Shown here piece by piece: positions 53,782-64,000 of a DNA stretch of 64,000 bases. Under the pieces are notes generated by a model, which was given only the letters and a program-made list of their open reading frames with translations, was not told the DNA's origin and searched no databases. Made by a program: the position numbers and the translations under genes. Source of the stretch: Deltaproteobacteria bacterium (lineage in GTDB: Bacteria; Myxococcota; Kuafuiibacteriia; Kuafuiibacteriales; Kuafuiibacteriaceae); NCBI GenBank assembly GCA_040218735.1, contig JAVJQW010000064.1, forward strand, positions 1-64,000, given 5' to 3'. How positions within the stretch are numbered: the first letter of the stretch is position 1; every line of letters starts with the position of its first letter.

Positions 53782-54069
53782 TCACAGGCGCGCGAACTTG
53801 GACGGCTGGGGGCGACCGTCGATCACCTTGTAGCCTTGTTTCCGCAGCCGTCGCAGGAAGTCGTTCAGGTTCCGCGCGCGCTTCATGTGGTTGAGCACGT
53901 CCGGTTCCACTTCGGTCAGGTAGCACTGCATCGTCGCAAAGGGGCACATCACGATGTCCGTGCCGTCCTCGGGGATGCGCGTGAAGTTGAACTCGCCGGG
54001 CTCTTCGGACAGGGCGAGCACGAGGCGATCGTCCCGGTTGTACACCGACCAGATCCGAACCTCGTCCAC
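53782..54069 (-). CDS. Small hypothetical protein
   Basis: GTG 54069, 95 aa, typical codon bias, 15 bp from the next gene. Confidence 0.6.
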   Translation of the reverse strand: MDEVRIWSVYNRDDRLVLALSEEPGEFNFTRIPEDGTDIVMCPFATMQCYLTEVEPDVLNHMKRARNLNDFLRRLRKQGYKVIDGRPQPSKFARL

Positions 54070-54152
54070 GCCCCCGAGCGTACCCGATCGTGCGGCGCGA
54101 AGCCCTTCCGAATTGACCGTGTGCACCCTTCGGGCTAACCGCGCGGGCACCG

Positions 54153-55958
54153 ATGTCGGGCGAGAAGCTGATTACGGAGCGAAAGCGCACGCACATGTGC
54201 GGCGACCTGCGGGCCGACCACGAGGGCCAGGAGGTCGTGTTGATGGGGTGGGTGCAGACCGCCCGCGATCACGGTGGCGCCGTGTTCTTCGATCTCCGGG
54301 ATCGCACCGGGATCGTGCAGGTCGTGTTCGACGAGTCCGAGGGCAAGGACGTCCACACGATCGCCGAGCGTGTCCGCAGCGAGTGGGTCATCGGGATCGT
54401 CGGCAAGGTCCGCTCACGCGGCGCCAACGTGAACCCGAACATCGCGACCGGCGCGATCGAGATCGCCGCGGACTCGATCGAGGTCTTCAACGAAGCCAAG
54501 ACCCCGCCCTTCGAGATCGAGGACGACATCGACACCGCCGAGGAGAAGCGCCTCGTGCACCGCTACCTCGACCTGCGGCGCCCGCGCATCCAGCGGAACC
54601 TGATGCTGCGTTCGAAGCTCAACCACGTCGTCCGCAAGTCGCTCGTCGACCAGGGCTTCATCGAGCTCGAGACGCCGTTCATGGTGAAGTACACGCCGGG
54701 CGGCGCGCGTAACTTCCTCGTGCCGTCGCGCCTGTCGCAGGGGTGCTTCTACGCGCTCGCCGAGAGCCCGCAGCTGTACAAGCAGCTGTTCATGATGTCG
54801 GGCTTCGATCGCTACTTCCAGATCACGAAGTGCTTCCGCGACGAGGACCTTCGCAACGACCGGCAGCCCGAGTTCACGCAGATCGATCTCGAGATGTCGT
54901 TCGCGGACATGGACGACGTACACACCGTGATGACCAAGGTCGTCCGCGGGATGTTCAAGGAGGCGCTCGACGTCGAGCTCCCCGAGCAGTTCCCGCGCAT
55001 GACCTACGACGAGGCGATGCGCCGCTTCGGCAGCGACAAGCCGGACCTGCGCTTCGGGCTCGAGCACATCACGCTCACCGACCTCGTGAAGGCCAACCCC
55101 GACGGTGGGCTCCCGCTCTTCGAGCAGGCCGTCGCGCAGGGCGGCATGGTCAAGGCGATGGTCGTCCCCGCCGAGCACAAACTCTCGCGCAAGGACGTCG
55201 ACAACCTCGAGGCGAAGGCGAAGGAGGTGAAGGCCAAGGGTCTCGGTCGCGCGAAGGTGAACGAGGACGGCGGCTGGACGCAGTCCCCGTTCGCGAAGAC
55301 CGTGAAGGACGAGGTCCGCCTCGCGATCAACGAGGCGTGCGGCGCGAAGCCCGGCGACCTCATCCTCTTCCAGTTCGGCCCCGAGAAGCTCGTGCAGACG
55401 GTGATGAACCACCTGCGCCTCCTCCTCGGGAAGCAGCTCGACCTCATCCCGCCGAACACCTGGTCGGTGCTGTGGGTCGTCGAGTTCCCGCTGTTCGAGT
55501 ACAGCGAAGAGAACAAGACGTACGTCGCGGCGCACCACCCGTTCACGTCGCCGCGCGCCGAGGACGTCGACCGCCTCACCACGGACCCCGGCGCTTGTCG
55601 CGCACGTGCGTACGACCTCGTGCTCAACGGCAACGAGATCGCGGGCGGCTCGGTCCGAATCCACGACCCGATCGTGCAGGCGAAGGTCTTCGACGCGCTG
55701 TCGATCTCCGAGGAGGAGCAGCGCGCGAAGTTCGGCTTCCTGCTCGACGCGCTCTCCTACGGCTGCCCGCCGCACGCGGGCATCGCGGGCGGCATGGACC
55801 GCATCGCGATGTTGATCGCCGGTGCGTCCTCGCTCCGGGAGGTCATCCCGTTCCCGAAGACGCAGAAGGGCCAGGACCTCATGACCGGCGCGCCGACGCC
55901 GGTGGACGACGCGCAGCTCGCCGAGCTGTCCGTGAAGTCGATCGCGCCGAGGGACTGA
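54153..55958 (+). CDS. aspS: Aspartate--tRNA ligase
   Basis: RTH.CG.L, RDHGG..F.DLRD, YLDLRR, SPQLYKQL, CFRDEDLR.DRQPEFTQ, PPHAG, VIPFPKT. Confidence 0.99.
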   Translation: MSGEKLITERKRTHMCGDLRADHEGQEVVLMGWVQTARDHGGAVFFDLRDRTGIVQVVFDESEGKDVHTIAERVRSEWVIGIVGKVRSRGANVNPNIATGAIEIAADSIEVFNEAKTPPFEIEDDIDTAEEKRLVHRYLDLRRPRIQRNLMLRSKLNHVVRKSLVDQGFIELETPFMVKYTPGGARNFLVPSRLSQGCFYALAESPQLYKQLFMMSGFDRYFQITKCFRDEDLRNDRQPEFTQIDLEMSFADMDDVHTVMTKVVRGMFKEALDVELPEQFPRMTYDEAMRRFGSDKPDLRFGLEHITLTDLVKANPDGGLPLFEQAVAQGGMVKAMVVPAEHKLSRKDVDNLEAKAKEVKAKGLGRAKVNEDGGWTQSPFAKTVKDEVRLAINEACGAKPGDLILFQFGPEKLVQTVMNHLRLLLGKQLDLIPPNTWSVLWVVEFPLFEYSEENKTYVAAHHPFTSPRAEDVDRLTTDPGACRARAYDLVLNGNEIAGGSVRIHDPIVQAKVFDALSISEEEQRAKFGFLLDALSYGCPPHAGIAGGMDRIAMLIAGASSLREVIPFPKTQKGQDLMTGAPTPVDDAQLAELSVKSIAPRD

Positions 55959-55961
55959 CCC

Positions 55962-56309
55962 ATCAGCGACGACGACGCCGAGGTCGCCGCGCTCGCGGCG
56001 TTTCAGCAGCAGGTCACACGCGCGCGCCTGTCGATCGGGCTGCCGTGCATCGGTGTCGGTCTGGTGCTCGGCGTGGTCGGTGCGATCTGGGTGCACCAGC
56101 TCGCGATCGACGCCGGCTTCTCGGGCGGGGCCGCGGTGACCATCGCGCTCGCGGGCTTCGCGCCGCCGGTCGCGATCGCGCTGGTCGGGGGCGTCATCGC
56201 GGCGCGCAGGATCACGAACGCCAAGAAGGGCGCCTGGCTCGACGCGCTCGCGGCCGAGCACGGCGTCCCACCCGAGCGCCTGCGCGAGGTCGCGGAGATC
56301 TTCGACTGA
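55962..56309 (+). CDS. Small two-TM membrane protein
   Basis: Frame is open from the aspS stop; first canonical start is GTG 56064 inside a TM helix; ATC at 55962 follows GAGGGA. Confidence 0.55.
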   Translation: MSDDDAEVAALAAFQQQVTRARLSIGLPCIGVGLVLGVVGAIWVHQLAIDAGFSGGAAVTIALAGFAPPVAIALVGGVIAARRITNAKKGAWLDALAAEHGVPPERLREVAEIFD

Positions 56310-56375
56310 CCGCGCGATCTACGACGGCCGACGGATACGCGAGTGCCCTGACATTGGGTCCAAATGTGGGTGGAC

Positions 56376-56903
56376 ATGGGTGCGGGTGTGTATTCGGGCC
56401 GCCGCCGTCTGCTGCGCGTCTTGGGGCGCGGCGCGGTCGGCGCGGGGATCTTTGGCCTCACGGCCGCGACACGGGACGAGCTGACGCCGAGCGCGCACGG
56501 GACCGAGGTGCGTCGGTACTACCCGCGCGTGCGTGTCGCTTCGATCGCGGAGGTCGGCGCGGAGCCGATCGCGTTCGGTTATCCGGATGAAGCGTCGCCC
56601 TGCTTCCTGGTGCGGCTCGATCGCCCGGCGGAGCATGGCGTCGGGCCGAACGAAGCCATCGTCGCGTTCAGTCGAATTTGTCCGCACATGGGCTGCCCCA
56701 TCGAGCGCGTCGTGGTCGCCGATGCGCAGCTCGGGCCCTGCGGCTGTCACTACAGTGCGTTCGATCTCGCGTTCGCGGGACGGCAGCTTCAGGGGCAGTC
56801 CACCGAAGACCTCCCGCAGGTGCTCCTCGAGACCGATGACGACACGGTGTGGGCCGTGGGGATGCGGGGCCTGGTCTACGGCCGCTTCGCCAACGTGCCA
56901 TGA
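56376..56903 (+). CDS. Rieske small subunit, arsenite oxidase AioB/IdrB-like
   Basis: Tat motif SGRRRLL; YPR..VA, F.YPD, GVGP...IVAFS.ICPHMGC, C.CHYS.FD, GQST..LPQV.L, GL.YGR..N. Confidence 0.9.
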   Translation: MGAGVYSGRRRLLRVLGRGAVGAGIFGLTAATRDELTPSAHGTEVRRYYPRVRVASIAEVGAEPIAFGYPDEASPCFLVRLDRPAEHGVGPNEAIVAFSRICPHMGCPIERVVVADAQLGPCGCHYSAFDLAFAGRQLQGQSTEDLPQVLLETDDDTVWAVGMRGLVYGRFANVP

Positions 56904-59422
56904 AGTTCACACGTCGAGAGTTCTCGGGCCTCGCCGCCGCCGGTGTCGCGGGCGGGTGTGCCGCGACCCAGAGCGAGCCGACCCACGTCGACGACACGTC
57001 GCTGCCGATCATCCCCGCCCACGCGAAGCGCGTCCCGACGGCGTGTGACTACTGCATCGTCGGTTGCGGCTACGAGGCGATCACGTGGCCGGTCGAAGAC
57101 CGCGGGACCGACGAGGACCCCGCCGATTGGTACGCGCCCGCGATGCATACGATTGCGGACGTCGACGGACGTCCTCACCACGTCGTCGTGCGACCGGACC
57201 GCAGCTCGCGCGTGGTCAACGTCGGCGGAGACTTCAGCGTGCGCGGCGGAACGCTCGCGCAGAAGCTCTACTCCAAGGATCGCGCGACGCGCGAACGCCT
57301 CACGACGCCGCTCCTCCGAGTCGACGGTGAGCTCGTGCCCATCGGGTGGGACGAAGCGCTCGAGATCAACGCGCGCGTCGGCCGGTACGTGCTCGACCGC
57401 CACGGCGAGCTCGCGTGGGGGATGAAGCACTACTCGTATCAGTACTACGAGAACACCTACGCGTTGACGAAGCTCGCGCTCGGCGCGGTGAACACGCCGG
57501 TCTGGGCGGTGCACGACAAGCCGGCGGAAGCCTCGGACACCCCCGGGCTCAGCGACGCCGGGGTGTACGCGTTCAACGCTTCGTATCAGGACTGGCGTGA
57601 CGCCGAAGTCATCTTCGTGTCCGGCGTCTCGCTGTACGACGCCAAGTCGATCCTCTTCCAGGACTGGGTCGCGCCGGGGGGCGCGAAGCTGATCGTCGTG
57701 AACCCGCGGCGCGATCTCACCGCGTCGTACGCGCTCGCGAACGGTGGGTTGCATCTGCAGGTCGTGCCGGGGACCGACACGCTCCTGCACAACGCCATCG
57801 CGCGGCAGATCATCGAGATGGGCGGTGAGGACGCGGCGTTCATCGCGGCTCGCACGGTGTCGGCCGAAGATCTCGCAGGCGAGGGCGGGTTCCGGCGCGC
57901 CGCGTTCGGTCGGACGTACGAGGACTACCGAGCGTTCATCCTCGGTCGCGACGAGCACCGCGCAGAGGCGGCGGCCGAGATCACCGGGGTGCCGGCGGAG
58001 CAGATCCGCGCGGCGGCGCAGATGTTGGCGGCGCCTGCGAAGAGCGCCTTCATGCTCGAGAAGGGCAACTACTGGAGCCACAACGTCGACAACACGAACT
58101 CCTTCGTCAGCCTCGGCCTCCTCGTCGGAGCGGGCGGCGCCCCCGGGCGTGTCATCGGACGGGCCGGCGGACACCAGCGCGGGATGATCAAGGGCGGGCG
58201 CTATCCGCACGACAAGTCGCCCGATCACTACGAGGGACACCCGCTCGCGTTGAACGTCGACCGTTGGGTGACGGAGGGGCGTGTGCGCTACATGTGGGTC
58301 GTCGGCACGACGTGGTGCGCGGCGATGGGCGCGACCGGGCACCTCGACGAGGTCATCTCGATCCTGACGCGACACACCGGACCCCAGATGACGAGCGCCG
58401 TGATGCGCGCGGGACGTGTCGACGTCGAGGCGGCGGTCGACGCGCTGCGCGCGAAGGTCGACGCGCTCGGGATGGTGTTGGTTCAACAGGACATCTACGC
58501 CAACGGGCTGAGCGCCTACGCAGACCTCGTGTTCCCAGCGGCGGGGTGGGGCGAGGCGGACTTCACGCGGATGCAGGGCGAGCGGAGGTTGCGCATGTAC
58601 TCGCGCATCGCGGACGCGCCAGGCGATGCGAGACCCGACTGGTGGATCGTCGCGCAGACGGCGCAGCGCATGGGTTACGAAGGGTTCGACTGGCCGGACG
58701 GCAACGCGATCTTCGAGGAGGCCGCCGAGGCCTCCGTCGGTTCGCCGCACGACTACCAGGCGCTCGTCGACCTCGCGCGGGAGCGCGGTGAGAGCGGTCA
58801 TGAGTTCTTGCGCGCGCTGGGCACCGAGGGGGTGCAGTGTCCGATCCGTCGAGACGGCGACGCGTTGGTCGGCACGCCGCGACTTCACGACGAGCGGTTC
58901 TTCACGACGTCCGGCCGCGCGGTGTTCATGGAGGGATCGTGGGCGCGCGTCGCGCCGGTGCAGGAACGCATCGCGCCGCGCGGCGACGAGCTTTGGGTGA
59001 CGAACATGCGCGTGAACGCGCTGTGGCAGTCCCTCGCGGACGACGCACGCATCCCGCAGCGCATCGATCGCTACCCCGCGAACGTCGTGCACATCCACCC
59101 CGCTGATGCCGCCGCGCGTGGCATCGCGACGGGAGACTGGGTCTCGCTCGAGAACGACTCCGTCCTCAATCACCAGGGCCAGCCACACCTGGGTCGTGTT
59201 CGCGCCGTCGCGCTCGTGACCGACTCCACGCGCCGGGGCGTGATGTGCACGTACTTCAACTACCGAGGTGACGTGTCTCAGAGCGCCAACTGCCTGACGG
59301 ACGGCGAGGTGGACCCGATGAACCCGGTGTACCGCTACAAGCTCGCGCGCGCGCGTGTCGTACGCCTCGGACGCTCCGAGTTTGCGGAGACGATGGTGCG
59401 GCACGCGCCGAACCGCGTGTGA
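56900..59422 (+). CDS. Molybdopterin oxidoreductase large subunit, AioA/IdrA-like
   Basis: CDYCIVGCGY and FSVRGG ([3Fe-4S] type), YENTYA, HDKP, EKGNYWS, GGHQRG, QGERRLR.Y; ATGA overlap with the Rieske gene. Confidence 0.9.
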   Translation: MKFTRREFSGLAAAGVAGGCAATQSEPTHVDDTSLPIIPAHAKRVPTACDYCIVGCGYEAITWPVEDRGTDEDPADWYAPAMHTIADVDGRPHHVVVRPDRSSRVVNVGGDFSVRGGTLAQKLYSKDRATRERLTTPLLRVDGELVPIGWDEALEINARVGRYVLDRHGELAWGMKHYSYQYYENTYALTKLALGAVNTPVWAVHDKPAEASDTPGLSDAGVYAFNASYQDWRDAEVIFVSGVSLYDAKSILFQDWVAPGGAKLIVVNPRRDLTASYALANGGLHLQVVPGTDTLLHNAIARQIIEMGGEDAAFIAARTVSAEDLAGEGGFRRAAFGRTYEDYRAFILGRDEHRAEAAAEITGVPAEQIRAAAQMLAAPAKSAFMLEKGNYWSHNVDNTNSFVSLGLLVGAGGAPGRVIGRAGGHQRGMIKGGRYPHDKSPDHYEGHPLALNVDRWVTEGRVRYMWVVGTTWCAAMGATGHLDEVISILTRHTGPQMTSAVMRAGRVDVEAAVDALRAKVDALGMVLVQQDIYANGLSAYADLVFPAAGWGEADFTRMQGERRLRMYSRIADAPGDARPDWWIVAQTAQRMGYEGFDWPDGNAIFEEAAEASVGSPHDYQALVDLARERGESGHEFLRALGTEGVQCPIRRDGDALVGTPRLHDERFFTTSGRAVFMEGSWARVAPVQERIAPRGDELWVTNMRVNALWQSLADDARIPQRIDRYPANVVHIHPADAAARGIATGDWVSLENDSVLNHQGQPHLGRVRAVALVTDSTRRGVMCTYFNYRGDVSQSANCLTDGEVDPMNPVYRYKLARARVVRLGRSEFAETMVRHAPNRV

Positions 59423-59470
59423 AGCGGGAGCGAACGCAACCTTTCGGAGCTTCGAACCGATAACCCTCGC

Positions 59471-59689
59471 ATGACGCGACGCCTCCGCGCTTCCGACTTC
59501 GACCCGCCCGCGCGCACGTTCACGCAGCGCCTGGTGCGCAACATGGGTCAGGACTACCAGCCCACGAACATCATGGGGCAGCCGATGCGCCGCGTTCCGT
59601 CGGGGCGGGCGACGGACCACGACCCGCAGCCGCGCACGTTCACGCAGTACCTCGTGAGCCGCATGAACGGCGACGTCTGGGAAGGTTAG
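59471..59689 (+). CDS. 72-aa protein with an internal duplicated motif
   Basis: DPPARTFTQRLVRNM and DPQPRTFTQYLVSRM exactly 120 nt apart; frame preserved. Confidence 0.65.
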   Translation: MTRRLRASDFDPPARTFTQRLVRNMGQDYQPTNIMGQPMRRVPSGRATDHDPQPRTFTQYLVSRMNGDVWEG

Positions 59690-59693
59690 ACGC

Positions 59694-61016
59694 TCACTTC
59701 GCCAAGCGCCGCCACGCGGCGAGCCTCTTCCCGATCGTCGCCTCCTCGCCGTTCTTCGTCGGCTCGTAGTAGCGGCGCCCGAGCAAGGGCTCCGGGAGGT
59801 ACGTCTCGCCGGGCGCGATGCCGCCGAGGTCGTGCGGGTACTTGTAGCCCTTGCCGTGGCCTTGCTGCTTCGCCATGGCGTTCTTCCCGGGGAGGATGTG
59901 TTTGGGGACGGGGAGCGGGCCGCGGGTGCGGACGTCCTTGAGCGCGGCGCCGTACGAGGTCACCGCGGTGTTCGATTTGGGGGCGGACGCAAGGTAGGTT
60001 GCGGCCTGCGTCATCGGCAGCACGCCCTCCGGCATGCCGACGAACTCGTAGGACTGGAGCGCGTTGATCGCGACCTGCAGCGCGGTCGGGTCGGCGTTGC
60101 CGACGTCCTCCGACGCGAAGATCACCATCCGGCGCAGGACGAAGCGCGGGTCCTCGCCGCTCTCCAGCATGCGCACGAGGTAGTAGACCGCGGCGTCGGG
60201 GTCCGAGCCGCGCATCGACTTGATGAACGCCGAGACGACGCCGTAGTGCTCGTCGCCCGCCTTGTCGTAAAGGAGTGTCTTGTGCGCGGCGGCTTCGTCT
60301 GCGACCTCGCGCGTGAGCCTCACGGGCTCGCCGGGCTCGGCGAGGAGCGTCGCGTCGCGCACCGCGAGGTCGAGCACCGTGAGCGCGCGCCGCGCGTCGC
60401 CGTAGGCGCCGTTGGCGATGAGCTCCAACGCGTCTTCTTCGACCTCGAGCTTCAGCCCCTTGAACCCGTCCGCGAGCGCGCGCCGTAGGATGGCGACGAG
60501 CGCCTCCGCGTCGATCGCCTGGAGCACGAACACCCGCGTCCGGGACAACAGCGCCGCGTTGAGCTCGAACGACGGGTTCTCGGTCGTGGCGCCGATCAGC
60601 GTGACGAGGCCGCGTTCGACGGCGTCGAGGAGGGCGTCCTGCTGCGACTTCGACCAGCGGTGAATCTCGTCGACGAACAGGATCGTGCGCTCGCCGTGTT
60701 GGCCGCGCGCGACGCGTGCAGCCTCCAGCGTCTTCCGGAGATCGGCGACGCCCGACAGCACCGCGGACATCTGCACGAACCGCATCTTCGTCAAGCGCGC
60801 GACGAGCCGCGCGATGGTCGTCTTGCCGGTGCCGGGCGGCCCCCAGAGGATCATCGACGGCACGCGGTCCGCTTCGATCAGCCGGCGCAACAGCTTGCCT
60901 TCGCCGAGCAGGTTCTCCTGGCCGAGGACGTCCTCCATCCGCGACGGCCGCATCCGATCCGCGAGCGGATCTTCGGAGTGCTTCGCGTCCGCGGCGTTGT
61001 CGAAGAGGTCGCGCAT
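59694..61016 (-). CDS. rarA: Replication-associated recombination protein A (MgsA)
   Basis: PLADRMRP, WGPPGTGKTT, FVDEIHR, GATTENPSFE, SAFIKSMRGSDPDAA, GYKYPHD. Confidence 0.97.
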   Translation of the reverse strand: MRDLFDNAADAKHSEDPLADRMRPSRMEDVLGQENLLGEGKLLRRLIEADRVPSMILWGPPGTGKTTIARLVARLTKMRFVQMSAVLSGVADLRKTLEAARVARGQHGERTILFVDEIHRWSKSQQDALLDAVERGLVTLIGATTENPSFELNAALLSRTRVFVLQAIDAEALVAILRRALADGFKGLKLEVEEDALELIANGAYGDARRALTVLDLAVRDATLLAEPGEPVRLTREVADEAAAHKTLLYDKAGDEHYGVVSAFIKSMRGSDPDAAVYYLVRMLESGEDPRFVLRRMVIFASEDVGNADPTALQVAINALQSYEFVGMPEGVLPMTQAATYLASAPKSNTAVTSYGAALKDVRTRGPLPVPKHILPGKNAMAKQQGHGKGYKYPHDLGGIAPGETYLPEPLLGRRYYEPTKNGEEATIGKRLAAWRRLAK

Positions 61017-61090
61017 GCGGACCAACGTGGCACGGTCCTTGACGCTCGTCACGACAGACCTAGTACGTCGGGCGGAGGTCGAAACCAGCC

Positions 61091-63664
<2,574 letters not shown>

Positions 63665-63773
63665 AGAATTACCGAGTATTCTTGGCGGCTTACGTCTCCG
63701 TTTCGAACAGGTAGTCCTTTGGGTCAGGTCGAGGCTCAAGGCCCCCATGCGGCGGCCGAATCACCACCGCAGG

Positions 63774-64000
63774 ATGCACGAACGGCCGCCGCCCACCTCG
63801 CTTCCCGACCCCGCCGTCGTCGGGCGCATCTGTGTCCAGGCGGTGCTCGCGACGTCGGCGGCCCGCTACATCGACAAGTACCGCCTCGGCGAGCTGGTCC
63901 GTCGGCACGTGGTCGACCGGCTGAAGGAGCGGCGCGTCGACTTCACGGAGGTGCTCCGAGGGCTGCTCGAGATCGAGAACGTGACGGAGGAGGACCTCTA
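63774..64000 (+). CDS. Hypothetical protein, truncated by the window end
   Basis: Open frame MHERPPPTSLPDPAVVGRICVQAVLATSAARYIDKYRLGELVRRHVVDRLKERR... runs off the edge. Confidence 0.55.
   Translation, partial: MHERPPPTSLPDPAVVGRICVQAVLATSAARYIDKYRLGELVRRHVVDRLKERRVDFTEVLRGLLEIENVTEEDL

Noticed and set aside
56376-59422. Assigning gene symbols aioB/aioA or idrB/idrA
   Set aside because: Active-site motifs deviate from AioA and the idrP genes are missing, so the function cannot be fixed from sequence

Overview
High-GC bacterial chromosome segment whose gene content looks like Myxococcota. The backbone is housekeeping: truB-rpsO-pnp-dut, purB, purC, scpA...scpB-rluB, lhr-nei, aspS, rarA and clpB. 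The main accessory feature is a ~15.6 kb island (9441-25018). It contains a sigma54 enhancer-binding protein, a fused E1/YcaO cyclodehydratase, an amidohydrolase, a BMA0021-type (NHLP-like) precursor ending in SCLC and a TOMM kinase/cyclase/ATPase/TPR protein. The precursor and kinase appear to be co-transcribed from a well-formed sigma54 -24/-12 promoter with two paralogous beta-rich proteins, a 906-aa toxin-like protein plus a free-standing copy of its N-terminal domain, and a phage tail-collar protein. A second sigma54 promoter drives a caspase-like (DUF4347-type) protein. Other notable items are an AioBA/IdrA-like molybdoenzyme with atypical motifs and two Tat signals, a lipoprotein operon led by an exported PEP-synthase-like enzyme, a transmembrane pseudokinase, and a palindromic low-complexity insertion in scpA. 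No rRNA, tRNA, CRISPR array or transposase was recognised. All family calls come from motif recognition by eye, not database searches.
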